Shown: positions 9,708 through 20,035, counted from the first letter of the stretch. The stretch is 41,432 nt of DNA from an uncultured Mycoplasmatota bacterium (GCA_900551925.1 URXR01000001.1:1-41432), one strand, 5' to 3'. Translations and numbers: made by a program. The notes: generated by a model not told the origin, from the letters alone.

Positions 9708-11207
9708 ATGATAGAAGATTTTGTTAAAAGTTTTAAGGAGACCTTTGTAGCAATTATACCAATATGTGCTATTGTAACAATCATTGCTATGTTATTTGGT
9801 TATGAAAGCAGTATTATTATATCTTTTGTAATAAGTTCTATTTTGTTAGTATTTGGTATTAGTTTGTTTACTTTTGGTGCGGATATTTCAATGATGTTAA
9901 TTGGAGAAAAATTAGGAGAAAAATTGATAAAAAGCAAGAAAATTATTTTTATTTTATTTGTTATTTTAGCAATAGGAATTGCAATTACGATAGCGGAACC
10001 TGATTTAAGAGTTTTAGCCCAGCAAATTCCTAGTATTCCTACTGATACTCTTATTTTAACGGTTAGTGTTGGAGTGGGAATAATGCTTATGATTGCGACA
10101 CTGAAAATATTATTTAAATTAGATTTAAGAACAATTCTTATTATTAGTTATGCTCTGGTATTTGGACTATTATTTTTTGTTCCTAGCGATTTTATACCTA
10201 TTGCTTTTGACTCTAGTGGGGTTACTACTGGTCCGGTAAGTGTTCCTTTTATATTAGCTTTAGGAATTGGCTTTACTTCTCTTAGGACTGATAGCAATGT
10301 TAAAAGCGATACTTTTGGTCTTATTGCTCTTTGTTCAGTGGGTCCTAAAATAATGGTACTTATTTTAGGGATGCTTTATGATACTTCTAGTACTTTTGAT
10401 ACTTCAATTTATGAAAACAATTTACCTTTAATTATGCAATATGCTGATGGTTTTTTGGAATGTTTTAAAAATGTTTTTGTTTCGATTAGTCCGATTATAT
10501 TACTGTTTATAATTTTTAAAATAGTTTCTAAGGATGCATTTAATAAGAAAAATACTAAAAAAGTAATAGTAGGTTTTATTGCAACTTTCTTAGGTCTTTG
10601 TTTATTTTTAACTGGAGTTGAAGTTGGGTTTATGAAAATGGGATTTTTAATGGGACAAGATTTTGTAAATTTAGATTATACGAAATTTTTAATTCCATTT
10701 GTTATGGTACTTGGTTTCTTAGTGGTATTTGCTGAACCTGCAGTTAAAATTCTTACTAATGAAGTTGAAGAAATAACTGAAGGTAGTGTAACGAGCAAAA
10801 TTATGATAATTACTATTTCTATTGGAGTTTCGCTTATGGTAGCACTTTCAATAATTAGAGTTTTAACGGGAATCTCAATTATTTATTTTCTAATTATTGG
10901 ATATGTTCTCGCTATTATACTGAGTTTTATTACTCCAAAAATGTTTACCGCGATTGCCTTTGATACGGGAGGATCAGTTACGGGACCACTTACTGCAACT
11001 TTTATGCTTCCTTTAGTAATTGGCGTATGTCTAGCCTATGGAGGAAATATTATGACTGATGCTTTTGGACTCATTGCTTTTGTGGCTATGTCCCCTCTTA
11101 TTACGGTTCAACTATTAGGAATAGTATTTAAGATTAAGACTAAACAAGAGATATATAAACATACTGATGAGACTGTTATTGATTATGATTGGAGGGAAGC
11201 TTTATGA
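9708..11207 (+). CDS. DUF1538-family polytopic membrane protein
   Basis: 499 aa with about 12 TM helices in two similar halves. Each half has the FDSSGVTTGP / FDTGGSVTGP motif. Followed by a P-II-like gene, which is typical for this family. Confidence 0.75.
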   Translation: MIEDFVKSFKETFVAIIPICAIVTIIAMLFGYESSIIISFVISSILLVFGISLFTFGADISMMLIGEKLGEKLIKSKKIIFILFVILAIGIAITIAEPDLRVLAQQIPSIPTDTLILTVSVGVGIMLMIATLKILFKLDLRTILIISYALVFGLLFFVPSDFIPIAFDSSGVTTGPVSVPFILALGIGFTSLRTDSNVKSDTFGLIALCSVGPKIMVLILGMLYDTSSTFDTSIYENNLPLIMQYADGFLECFKNVFVSISPIILLFIIFKIVSKDAFNKKNTKKVIVGFIATFLGLCLFLTGVEVGFMKMGFLMGQDFVNLDYTKFLIPFVMVLGFLVVFAEPAVKILTNEVEEITEGSVTSKIMIITISIGVSLMVALSIIRVLTGISIIYFLIIGYVLAIILSFITPKMFTAIAFDTGGSVTGPLTATFMLPLVIGVCLAYGGNIMTDAFGLIAFVAMSPLITVQLLGIVFKIKTKQEIYKHTDETVIDYDWREAL

Positions 11208-11887
11208 TTGAATTACTTTGTTTAATATCTAATTTTAATGATGAGAAATCTATTAAACCATTGTATGATAAGTATAATTTACCTTATAATTTTGCTATTT
11301 ATGGTAAAGGTACTGCTTCTTCTTCACTTCTTGAATATTTTGGTCTTGAAGAAATAAGAAAATATATTTATTTATCGCTTATAAATACTTTAGATAAGAA
11401 AAATATTTTAAATGATTTAGAAACTAATTTAAAATTAAATGAACCAGGTAAAGGAATTTGTTTTACTATTCCCCTATCAAGTTCAACAAAACATATTTTA
11501 AATAAAGTAAATAATAAGGAGGAGAATATGGAAAAAGATGAAAATAAAATTATGGAAAAATCTAAAGGTAAGAAAAACTATCATTTGATTGTTACTATTA
11601 TTACGGAAGGCTATTCTGATAAAGTTATGAATACTGCTAAAAAAGCTGGTGCTAGTGGTGGAACTTTAATTAGAGGAAGAAGTTTATTTCAAACGAGTTC
11701 TAAAAGACAGTTTTTAGGTTTTTCTATAGAACCGGAAAAGGATGTTGTTCTAATTGTAGCCAATGATAAAATCAAAAAACCAGTGATGGAGGCAATTGTT
11801 AAAGAAACTGGTTTAAAAACTAAAGCTGGTGCTATAGTATTTGCTCTTCCTATCAGTGAAGCTATTGGTTTATATGAAGAAGAGTAA
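11204..11887 (+). CDS. P-II-like (GlnB superfamily) signal-transduction protein, two-domain form
   Basis: ATGA start/stop overlap with the DUF1538 gene, with GGAGGGAAG upstream. The C-terminal domain is P-II-like (IVTIITEGYSDKVMNTAKKAGASGGTLIRGRS). Confidence 0.65.
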   Translation: MIELLCLISNFNDEKSIKPLYDKYNLPYNFAIYGKGTASSSLLEYFGLEEIRKYIYLSLINTLDKKNILNDLETNLKLNEPGKGICFTIPLSSSTKHILNKVNNKEENMEKDENKIMEKSKGKKNYHLIVTIITEGYSDKVMNTAKKAGASGGTLIRGRSLFQTSSKRQFLGFSIEPEKDVVLIVANDKIKKPVMEAIVKETGLKTKAGAIVFALPISEAIGLYEEE

Positions 11888-11944
11888 AATTTACAAATAT
11901 AGTTTAATATGATATAATAGGAAAGAATTTAAAGGAGTATATTT

Positions 11945-12649
11945 ATGTCTGAAGCAGAAAAATTATGTTTAAAAAACTTTTTAGATTACGGTTTTACATT
12001 ACCGGAACAAGAAGATTTTACAAAAATAGTTCGTCCTATTATTAGTCATCCAGAGTTTGAGAAAAGATGTACTGATAATTTTCCTCATCACGGCAATACT
12101 ACTTTAGGAGAACATATACTAAAAGATGCTATGATTACTTATAGACTTGCAAACATTTATAAAAGTAAACATCCTAATATGGATATTAGTACTGAAACTG
12201 CGGTTGTAATTCCCCTTTTCCATGATTTATATACTAATCCTTGGCAAAATGTTGATAATGATAATCCTTTATATGAAAAACATGGTTTTATGCATCCAAT
12301 TGAGGCTGTCATTAATGCTTATGATTGGTATCCGGAATATTTTAAGGATAAAGAAGTTAGTAAAAAGATTATTGATGGAGTATTACATCATATGTATCCA
12401 TTTCCTGTTAGAAAAATTAATGACGAAATAGAGATTAATGAAAAGAAAATAACTGATTTTAAATTTTATGATGTTTTAGTACACTCAACTAAAAGTAAAA
12501 GAGAAAATTTATGTTTTAAAAAAGCTACTTTTATTGAAGGCAAGTTGGTTTCTAAAGCTGATAAATTAGTTACTGTTAAGGAGATTAAAAATATTAGTTC
12601 TTTAGTAGCACTTGTTACTGCTAAGAATAAAAGTATTATTAAATACTAA
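11945..12649 (+). CDS. HD-domain phosphohydrolase
   Basis: H...HD motif pattern (HHGNTTLGEH, LFHDLY, HHMYPF). Good RBS (AAAGGAG). Confidence 0.7.
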   Translation: MSEAEKLCLKNFLDYGFTLPEQEDFTKIVRPIISHPEFEKRCTDNFPHHGNTTLGEHILKDAMITYRLANIYKSKHPNMDISTETAVVIPLFHDLYTNPWQNVDNDNPLYEKHGFMHPIEAVINAYDWYPEYFKDKEVSKKIIDGVLHHMYPFPVRKINDEIEINEKKITDFKFYDVLVHSTKSKRENLCFKKATFIEGKLVSKADKLVTVKEIKNISSLVALVTAKNKSIIKY

Positions 12650-12680
12650 AAAATGAATGATTTTTTTCATTCATTTTTAT
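12648..12680. terminator. Bidirectional terminator between convergent genes
   Basis: 9-bp stem aatgaatga/tcattcatt with a T6 loop, flanked by an A-run and a T-run. Confidence 0.7.
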
Positions 12681-12685
12681 TTTTA

Positions 12686-13312
12686 CTAAGTAATTTTTGT
12701 CTTTTCAATAATTCTAGTCATGACAAGGCCATATTTTTCTAGAGCTGTTTCGTGTTCATTTACTAAGAAGTCTTCGAATTTGATTTCCTTTGGCTCTTTT
12801 ATTATTTTATTGTTTTCTGGTTTTATTATTTCTCCTTTAATTGAGCCAGTTTCTTTTTCAAATAATTCTAGAGCTTCTCTAGAATTTACTTTTACTAGAC
12901 CGTCTACTTCATTTAAATCAAAATTAAATTTATTATAGTCATCGTCAAATTCATACATATAGACATTAGCAAGGGCTCTATCTTTAAAAATCGAACCATC
13001 TTTTTTTACTTTATCCATTTTAAAAGGAATTATTTCAATACATTTAGCTTTATTATAATCTATTTCTATTCCTAATTCTTCTTTTATTTCTCGGCCAAAA
13101 GCTTCTTTTATGGATTCTCCTGCTAGAACATGTCCACTGGCAGAAGTATATAAGGTCTTTTCTTCGTGTCTTATTTGGAAAAAAGCATTACCTTCTCTAT
13201 CATAAAGCCAGCAATGAATAGTATTATGCCATAAGCCATGTTCGTGAACATAATTTCTGTCTTTTTTTCCTAAATAGTTGCCATCTTTATCATAAGTATC
13301 TAAATATTCCAC
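12686..13312 (-). CDS. NUDIX hydrolase
   Basis: Nudix box GHVLAGESIKEAFGREIKEELGI. GTG start with AAGGAGG 8 nt upstream. Confidence 0.85.
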   Translation of the reverse strand: MEYLDTYDKDGNYLGKKDRNYVHEHGLWHNTIHCWLYDREGNAFFQIRHEEKTLYTSASGHVLAGESIKEAFGREIKEELGIEIDYNKAKCIEIIPFKMDKVKKDGSIFKDRALANVYMYEFDDDYNKFNFDLNEVDGLVKVNSREALELFEKETGSIKGEIIKPENNKIIKEPKEIKFEDFLVNEHETALEKYGLVMTRIIEKTKIT

Positions 13313-13374
13313 TTTTTCTACCTCCTTATTTATTATAACATATTTAAATAATAAACAAATATTTTATTAATATA

Positions 13375-13416
13375 TTGACAACTGTTACATACTGTTATAT
13401 TATAGTTATAACAGTT
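13375..13416 (+). promoter_or_regulatory. Sigma-A-type promoter with overlapping repeat operator for the GntR/ABC operon
   Basis: TTGACA (13375-13380), 17 nt, then TATTAT (13398-13403). ACTGTTA occurs twice directly (13381-13387, 13391-13397) and inverted as TAACAGT (13409-13415). Confidence 0.6.
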
Positions 13417-13427
13417 AAGGAGGTTTT

Positions 13428-13805
13428 ATGGAAATTATTATTAGTAATAGTAGTACTATAGCTATTTATGAGCAAGTAAAACACTCTATTACTGAGCAAA
13501 TACTGGATAATACTTTGAAAGAAAATGAAATGCTTCCTTCGATAAGAGGTTTAGCTAAAGATTTAAATATTAGTATTATGACGGTAAAAAAAGCTTATGA
13601 TGAACTGGAAAAGGAACATTATATTACTACTATTCATGGTAAAGGAAGTTTTGTGGCTGCTAAAAATTTAGAACTTTTAAAAGAACAAAAGATGAAGGAA
13701 TTAGAACAGCATTTAGTGGAGGCTATTAAAATTAGTAAAAAATATAATATTGATAAACAAGAATTAGTGGAACTGTTTAATTATATTTATGAGGAGGAAT
13801 TATAA
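13428..13805 (+). CDS. GntR-family (YtrA-subfamily) transcriptional repressor
   Basis: 125 aa. Winged HTH (LPSIRGLAKDLNISIMTVKKAYDELEKEHYI) with a short C-terminal helical tail. Heads an ABC operon. Confidence 0.88.
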   Translation: MEIIISNSSTIAIYEQVKHSITEQILDNTLKENEMLPSIRGLAKDLNISIMTVKKAYDELEKEHYITTIHGKGSFVAAKNLELLKEQKMKELEQHLVEAIKISKKYNIDKQELVELFNYIYEEEL

Positions 13806-14665
13806 TGGATAATATTATAGAGATTAAAAATTTAACTAAGGAGTATCCAGGATTTAAATTAGATAACATTTCATTTAATATTCCTAAAGGTTCGATTATG
13901 GGACTTATCGGGGAAAATGGTGCTGGTAAAACTACTACTATTAAACTTATTTTAAATATTATTTCTAAGGATAAAGGAAAAATAAAAATATTTGATAAAG
14001 ATAATATTTTAAAGGAAATAGAAGTAAAAGAAGATATTGGAGTTGTTTTAGATGATAGCTTTTTATCTTTATATTTAAGTGTTACTGATATAAACAACAT
14101 TATGAAAAATTTTTATAATAATTGGGACTCTGATTTATATTTTTCATATCTAAAACAATTTGATTTAGAGAATAAAAAAATTATTAAAGACTTTTCTAGT
14201 GGAATGAAAATGAAACTTAAAATAGCTATTGCCCTAGCCCATCATCCTAAATTATTAATTTTAGATGAACCAACAAGTGGATTAGATCCGATTTTTAGAA
14301 ATGAACTTTTAAATATTTTTAGAGATTTTGTAAGTGATGATGAACATAGTATTTTGTTTTCAACTCATATTACTTCTGATTTAGAACATGTAGCAGATTA
14401 TATAACATTTATTCATCAAGGAAAAATTATTTTTTCTTTAGATAAAGATGTACTTACTGATGAATTTGGTTTAGTGAAATGTAATTCTAAAGATTTTTCA
14501 AGATTTGATAAGGAGGACTATATTAAATATCAAAAACTAAATTATCACTATAGGGTGTTAGTTAAAGATAGAAAGAGTTTTAAAGCTAAATATGATATTA
14601 AAACTATTGATAAACCTTCTTTAGAAGATATAATGTTAACTTTTATTAAGGGGGATAGAAAATGA
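13805..14665 (+). CDS. ABC transporter ATP-binding protein
   Basis: Walker A GENGAGKTT, signature SSGMKMK, Walker B LLILDEPTSGLD. Confidence 0.93.
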   Translation: MDNIIEIKNLTKEYPGFKLDNISFNIPKGSIMGLIGENGAGKTTTIKLILNIISKDKGKIKIFDKDNILKEIEVKEDIGVVLDDSFLSLYLSVTDINNIMKNFYNNWDSDLYFSYLKQFDLENKKIIKDFSSGMKMKLKIAIALAHHPKLLILDEPTSGLDPIFRNELLNIFRDFVSDDEHSILFSTHITSDLEHVADYITFIHQGKIIFSLDKDVLTDEFGLVKCNSKDFSRFDKEDYIKYQKLNYHYRVLVKDRKSFKAKYDIKTIDKPSLEDIMLTFIKGDRK

Positions 14666-15333
14666 ATAAGATAAAGGGTTTAATTATTAAAGACTTACTT
14701 AATTTAAGTAAATATAAATTCAGTATTATTGTGATTTTCATAGTTTTTATTTTATGTTTTATTAAAGAGCCAATGATAATTCCTATTATGGTTTTAGCAA
14801 TGATTGGTATGATTGGGATGTCTACTTTTAATTATGATGAGACATCTAATTCTAATAATTATTTACTTAGTTTACCTACTTCTAAGAAGCAAATAGTTTT
14901 AGCTAAATATATTTTTCTAATTGGACTAATTGTTTTAGGAGCATTACTATCATTTATAATTATTTATCTAGCTAGTTATATTTTAGTTCATTTTAATTAT
15001 GTAGAGGAAGTAATTAATTATAAAGATTTAATTAATCCTATTTTATGTGGAGGTTTTTCTATATTATTAGTGATTGCTATTCAAATACCTAGTGTCTATA
15101 AATGGGGTGCAGAAAAAGGACGCATTCAGATGTTTATTTTAATTATTATAGTTATTGGACTTGTGTTAGGACTATTTTATCTTGTTACTAAAAATAATAT
15201 AAATGTAAATTATAGTGATATTAAAAACTTTATTATTACTTGGGGTCCGTATTTACTTGGTTTATTTTTAATTGTTATTTATTTTATTTCTTATAAGCTT
15301 TCTTTAAAAATTTATTTAAATAAAGAAAATTAA
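14662..15333 (+). CDS. ABC-2 type transporter permease
   Basis: Six hydrophobic helices. 4-nt overlap with the ATPase gene. Confidence 0.75.
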   Translation: MNKIKGLIIKDLLNLSKYKFSIIVIFIVFILCFIKEPMIIPIMVLAMIGMIGMSTFNYDETSNSNNYLLSLPTSKKQIVLAKYIFLIGLIVLGALLSFIIIYLASYILVHFNYVEEVINYKDLINPILCGGFSILLVIAIQIPSVYKWGAEKGRIQMFILIIIVIGLVLGLFYLVTKNNINVNYSDIKNFIITWGPYLLGLFLIVIYFISYKLSLKIYLNKEN

Positions 15334-15390
15334 GATACTATTTACATATTATTTTTAGAGGTGTATACTTACCTATAAGGAGGAATGATT

Positions 15391-15636
15391 ATGAAATGTC
15401 CAGTTTGTAAAGATGTAACTTTACTTATGTCTGAGAAGCAAGGAATTGAAATTGATTATTGTCCAGAGTGCCGAGGAATTTGGCTTGATAGAGGGGAACT
15501 TGAAAAGTTATTAGAACGTCAAGATAATAAACATGATAGTTATGATGATAAAAGAAATTATCATGATGATAAAACTTCTAAAAAGAGAAAGAAAGAATCT
15601 TTTATTGGAGAAATATTTGAAATCTTTGGAGAATAA
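15391..15636 (+). CDS. TFIIB-type zinc-ribbon protein (zf-TFIIB family)
   Basis: CPVC...CPECRGIWLDRGELEKL signature. The ATG at 15391 has correct spacing to AAGGAGG. Confidence 0.75.
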   Translation: MKCPVCKDVTLLMSEKQGIEIDYCPECRGIWLDRGELEKLLERQDNKHDSYDDKRNYHDDKTSKKRKKESFIGEIFEIFGE

Positions 15637-15648
15637 TAGTTGTAAATT

Positions 15649-15682
15649 AAAAAATTCTAAGTGTTGAGCTTAGAATTTTTTT
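15649..15682. terminator. Bidirectional terminator
   Basis: Stem aattctaag/cttagaatt flanked by an A-run and a T-run, between convergent genes. Confidence 0.7.
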
Positions 15683-16388
15683 AGTTATCTACTCCTACTT
15701 TTTTATAGACTAAATTAAACATAATAATACTTACTATAAACCAAACTGCTATTACTAATAAAGGCATATCAATATTAGAAAAGGTGGCAGTATGAGAGGA
15801 AATATCATGAAAAATTGTCATCATAGCATCAGTTGGTAAGAAACTAGAAATTTTGGATACTATTTGGTTATCGGTCATAGCTATGAAAAGTGGAGCCATA
15901 AAAATTATCATAAATGGCATGGAAAGTAAACCGGCGGACATTTGATTTTTAGATAAAAGTCCTACTACTGCACCAAAGAAGATTACTGCTAAGGCAACGA
16001 AAAGTCCTACTAGTTGATAAGCTAAAAATTCATTCATAGGTAGATTTACTAATAAATAGATTACTATATTATCCACTACTACGAAAAGTAAGCAAATTAA
16101 AGCTTTGGCGATTAAGATTTCGGTTGCTTTAACGTTATTTAACATTAAAGTTCTTAGAGTGTTTTTTTCTTTTTCTTCTGCTATAATAGTACCCATTAAG
16201 GCTACTGGTACCATAGCAATATTTAAAAGGACACATAAGGAAAAAGTAAATTCATTAGTTAGAGTATCCAAGTTTGAATATATTAAGGCAAAGGCTATAG
16301 GAAGTATCACATAGATAAAGACATTAAGATTTTTAGTTAAGTCTTCTATTCCTAGTTTAAATAAGGTCCAGATTTTAGATATACTCAT
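15681..16388 (-). CDS. ABC-2 type transporter permease
   Basis: Six TM helices. 4-nt overlap with the upstream ATPase gene. Confidence 0.75.
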   Translation of the reverse strand: MSISKIWTLFKLGIEDLTKNLNVFIYVILPIAFALIYSNLDTLTNEFTFSLCVLLNIAMVPVALMGTIIAEEKEKNTLRTLMLNNVKATEILIAKALICLLFVVVDNIVIYLLVNLPMNEFLAYQLVGLFVALAVIFFGAVVGLLSKNQMSAGLLSMPFMIIFMAPLFIAMTDNQIVSKISSFLPTDAMMTIFHDISSHTATFSNIDMPLLVIAVWFIVSIIMFNLVYKKVGVDN

Positions 16389-17194
16389 TTTAATTCCCTC
16401 CCTGTTAAACTTAAAAATATTTCGGCCAGATTTGGTTCTTCGGAATGAATTGATTTTATTGTTTTATCTTGGTTTTTTTCTAAAGCTTTGATTAGTTTTT
16501 CAGTACTTTTTGGTACAACTAGTTCTTTATCATCAGAAAATTTGATAATTATACTATTTTTAGAATATTTTTGTTTTAAAGCGGAAGGTGTATCTAGCTC
16601 TACTATCTCTCCTTTATTTAGGAAAGCTACCCTATCACACATTTTGTCAGCTTCTTCCATATTATGAGTAGTTAAAAAGATAGTTGCACCATTTTTTCTA
16701 AGGTCAAATAATAATTTGTGGATTTCTTCTACAGTTGCCGGGTCTAATGCGGCAGTTGGTTCATCTAAGAATAATAATTTAGGGTTATGAATAACAGCAC
16801 AAGCTAGAAGAAGTCGTTGTTTCATTCCTTTAGATAGATTTTTTACTTTTTGATCTTTACTATCCCATAATTTTACTTTTTTTAAGATTCTTTCTACTTC
16901 TTTGGTATCAGTTTTAGATAGTTCAGCGAAAAAACTTAAGTTACGATAGACTGTTAAACGTTCGTAAACGCCACTTGTGTCACTTAGAATACCTATTTCT
17001 TCTTTGTTTACTGATACTTTACTAGTGCCAGAAGTTGGTACTAACTGATTAGTTAGTATTTTGATAGTAGTGGTCTTCCCGGCTCCAGAGGGTCCTAGAA
17101 AACCAAATATTTCCCCTTCTTTAACATTAAAACTTATATTATTTAAGATTTTCTTTTTACCAAAAGACATATTTAAATTTTCTACTTTTATCAT
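16385..17194 (-). CDS. ABC transporter ATP-binding protein
   Basis: Walker A GPSGAGKTT, signature LSKGMKQR, Walker B LLFLDEPTAALD. Confidence 0.93.
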   Translation of the reverse strand: MIKVENLNMSFGKKKILNNISFNVKEGEIFGFLGPSGAGKTTTIKILTNQLVPTSGTSKVSVNKEEIGILSDTSGVYERLTVYRNLSFFAELSKTDTKEVERILKKVKLWDSKDQKVKNLSKGMKQRLLLACAVIHNPKLLFLDEPTAALDPATVEEIHKLLFDLRKNGATIFLTTHNMEEADKMCDRVAFLNKGEIVELDTPSALKQKYSKNSIIIKFSDDKELVVPKSTEKLIKALEKNQDKTIKSIHSEEPNLAEIFLSLTGRELK

Positions 17195-17327
17195 ATAATT
17201 ACTCCTTGCTTTCTTTTTACATATTAATTATAAAATGAGATATTCTAATTGTAAAGATTTTTTGGAGTTTGGGATTATTTATAGTATAATTTAGATATAG
17301 AAAATAGTTTTAAAAGGAGAATTAAAT

Positions 17328-17846
17328 ATGAAAGAATTAACAGATACTATTTTAATGCAAAGTATGGGACAAATTCATGCTCTTGCAATAATTTTTCCAG
17401 TAATATTACTTTTACTTGCACTAGTTATAATAATTATTCAGTACACTTCTAAAAAGAAATCTGCTAAGAATAATCAGAATGAGGTTACAAGAAATTTTAA
17501 AGGATATGGATATATAATTGCTATGGTAATTATTGTACTTTTAATAGGAGGATTATTTTTTAGTGTTTTTAATCTTTCTAAAACAGGAAAAGATAGTGAT
17601 TGGTATGTTACTATTGATTCTATAACAAGAAAATATGAAACTAAAGAAGTAAATGATCCTGGTACTAGAACAACTTATTATTATGTAGAAGTAAATGGTA
17701 GTGATGATGTTCATGTAACAAAATATGATTATGATAGTTTAGAGGAAAATGAATCTGTTTATGTTTTAAGACGTGAAGATGGTACGGCAGAAAAAGTTTA
17801 TTCAGTAAATGATTATCAATATACTGGTGAGAGATTAAGTGATTAG
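17328..17846 (+). CDS. Membrane protein, unknown function
   Basis: Two TM helices followed by a soluble C-terminal domain. RBS AAAGGAGAA. Confidence 0.6.
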   Translation: MKELTDTILMQSMGQIHALAIIFPVILLLLALVIIIIQYTSKKKSAKNNQNEVTRNFKGYGYIIAMVIIVLLIGGLFFSVFNLSKTGKDSDWYVTIDSITRKYETKEVNDPGTRTTYYYVEVNGSDDVHVTKYDYDSLEENESVYVLRREDGTAEKVYSVNDYQYTGERLSD

Positions 17847-17976
17847 AAATTTTAGATAGTTTATAAATAGATATAATTATTTAAGCTTTAGTATTAATTT
17901 GGTAAACTCAACTTCTGATTCGTGTAATATTTTGCTAATTTAGTGTATAGTTAAATCAGGAAGGAGCGAAAACTAT

Positions 17977-18594
17977 ATGGATCAAATTAAAATTGGAAAA
18001 TTTATAAGCTTAAAAAGAAAAGAAAAAAGGCTAACTCAACAAGAATTAGCGGAAAAATTAAATGTAACTGATAGAGCTATCTCGAAATGGGAAAATGGAA
18101 AATGCTTACCAGATATAGGAACAATTCCAGAATTATGCAAATGTCTTGGTTTTACTGTTAATGATTTATTTAGTGGTAAGATTGTTGATAGGAAAGATAA
18201 TGAAAAAAAGCTAGAAGAAAATTTACTGGAAATGGTTAGAGTAAAGGAAAAACAAGATAAAGAATTATTATCATTAGAAATATTTATTGGTATATTTGTT
18301 TCTGTTATAATGCTAGCTTGTGTTTTTACGGCATCTTTCATTAATATGCCTTATTGGTTAAGAATACTGCTAATTATTTTAGGTTTTATTCCATTTATCA
18401 TTGGTATTTCTTATGCAATAAGAATAGAACAAATCGCGGGTTATTATGAATGTGATAATTGCCATTATAAATACGTACCAACTTATAAAAGTGTGCTATT
18501 GGCTATGCATTCTGGTAGAACAAGATATATGAGATGTCCTAAATGTGAGAAAAAGACTTGGCATAGAAAAATAATAAGCAACTTTTACAAATAA
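17977..18594 (+). CDS. XRE-family HTH regulator with two TM helices and a C-terminal zinc ribbon
   Basis: HTH LTQQELAEKLNVTDRAISKWENGK, a hydrophobic segment, then CDNC...CPKC. Confidence 0.8.
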   Translation: MDQIKIGKFISLKRKEKRLTQQELAEKLNVTDRAISKWENGKCLPDIGTIPELCKCLGFTVNDLFSGKIVDRKDNEKKLEENLLEMVRVKEKQDKELLSLEIFIGIFVSVIMLACVFTASFINMPYWLRILLIILGFIPFIIGISYAIRIEQIAGYYECDNCHYKYVPTYKSVLLAMHSGRTRYMRCPKCEKKTWHRKIISNFYK

Positions 18595-18784
18595 ATTTTA
18601 AATGACTATATTTTAGATTATGTTATAATTCCAGGAATGGATAATTATGGCAGTTATAGAGTAAAGTGCAAATTAATAAGTAAAGCTTGGAAAAAGTTTA
18701 ATAAGAAAGTAACGAAGGATAAATTGTAAAATTTGCAATAGCAATAAAATTATGCTACTATATAACAATCGAAAGGAGTATGCA

Positions 18785-19771
18785 ATGAAACCAATAAGTA
18801 TTAGCAAAACATTAAATTTTGGAAAAGGTAGTATAGAAGTAAAATACAATGGTATAACTGCAAATGATAATGTTGACTTAGATAAAATAGAAACATTATT
18901 AGATAATTTTATAAATAATCATAGACACAATAATATGATAGAAAATGTCTCAATCATAAGAACAATATTAAAGGACTGTGAAGAAAAACTATTAGTTATT
19001 TTTTATCAGGATGAAAAAGGCTCAGAACTTGTTAAATATGATAATTTAAATTTAATATTATATGAAAAAAGTAAAAGAGAAGAAAATAATGATTATTATG
19101 ATAAATATAAGATTAAATATGAGCCAACTAGTGGTATAAAATTAGATTATAACAGTCATGAAACTGATATCACAAATTATCCAGATATTGAATTGATATC
19201 TAAAGAAATAACTGAAATAATAAAACAAATTTATTATTTAAAAAATACTAAAGCAGTTATGTTAGATATAAACGATAAAGAATTAATTGAAATATATAAA
19301 TTATTTTATAATGAAAATCCTAATTTTAGTAGCAAAGGTATAAATATAAAAGTTCAAGCAATGATGTCTATTTTAGCAAAGTTTGGTATTTCTCTATATG
19401 AGGATTATGGTTTTATTCTATTGGGAAAAGTAAAAATGCCTATATCATTAAATTTAGAACAAAGAGTCAATAAATTATATCCTTTAGGAGAAATAAGCAG
19501 TACTGAAGATAGTATAAAATTGGCTGATGAACCTAAAAAAATAATTAAGATTGTTGGAGAATGTATAAGAGAAGCAATTTCTAATGAACAAAGCCAAAAT
19601 GAAGCATTAATAACAATTAGTAAGGTTATTCACGCAGGAAGATATTGCCTTTCTTCTAATAGTGATATTAAGGAATTATCTGAATTTACTGAGCGTAATA
19701 CTGATGAGGTTGAATCAAGTATAAAACTAGTGAAACGTATTGAAAACAGAATTAATAAGCAAGTAAAATAA
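18785..19771 (+). CDS. Hypothetical protein
   Basis: Intact ORF. The start at MKPISI has AAAGGAG 7 nt upstream, whereas the ORF-track start 33 nt further upstream has none. No confident family assignment. Confidence 0.55.
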   Translation: MKPISISKTLNFGKGSIEVKYNGITANDNVDLDKIETLLDNFINNHRHNNMIENVSIIRTILKDCEEKLLVIFYQDEKGSELVKYDNLNLILYEKSKREENNDYYDKYKIKYEPTSGIKLDYNSHETDITNYPDIELISKEITEIIKQIYYLKNTKAVMLDINDKELIEIYKLFYNENPNFSSKGINIKVQAMMSILAKFGISLYEDYGFILLGKVKMPISLNLEQRVNKLYPLGEISSTEDSIKLADEPKKIIKIVGECIREAISNEQSQNEALITISKVIHAGRYCLSSNSDIKELSEFTERNTDEVESSIKLVKRIENRINKQVK

Positions 19772-19774
19772 ATT

Positions 19775-19825
19775 GAAAAAGATGGTTATTAGCATTAGCA
19801 CTCATAATCATCTTTTTCTTTTAAT
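19775..19825 (+). terminator. Rho-independent terminator
   Basis: 10-bp perfect outer stem gaaaaagatg/catctttttc (19775-19784 / 19809-19818), followed by a T-run. Confidence 0.65.
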
Positions 19826-20010
19826 ATATAATCTCTATAACTATTGATAAATTTAGAAAGTTTCATCAATTTTTTTAAATCTTCAGCATCTAATACCCTA
19901 TGATCGTATAAATCACGAGTAAATTGAATACATTTATCTTTTGATACAATTTCCAAGCTGATACGTGGTAGTTTATAAACAAAAAAACTAATCCATTTCT
20001 GAATTAGTTA

Positions 20011-20035
20011 TTTATCAAAACTCGAAAAGTTCGAG
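20011..20035 (-). terminator. Probable original terminator of tRNA-Gly, now displaced by the island
   Basis: Hairpin ctcgaa-aag-ttcgag (20021-20035) followed by TTTTGAT on the minus strand. It lies 11 nt downstream of the orphan copy of the tRNA 3' end. Confidence 0.55.

Noticed and set aside
9708-11887. The DUF1538 membrane protein + P-II-like pair as a novel system.
   Set aside because: To my knowledge this pairing is a widely conserved, already catalogued (though functionally uncharacterised) gene pair. Nothing here departs from the usual arrangement.
18638-18730. A 31-codon ORF (MDNYGSYRVKCKLISKAWKKFNKKVTKDKL) in the intergenic region after the XRE gene.
   Set aside because: It is too short, has no RBS and matches no known small-protein family. 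It is most likely chance.
19800-20000. A roughly 65-codon frame on the minus strand (…KWISFFVYKLPRISLEIVSKDKCIQFTRDLYDHRVLDAEDLKKLMKLSKFINSYRDYILKEKDDYEC*).
   Set aside because: It has no usable start codon or RBS and no recognisable family. It is possibly a gene remnant, but I cannot support a pseudogene call without a homologue.
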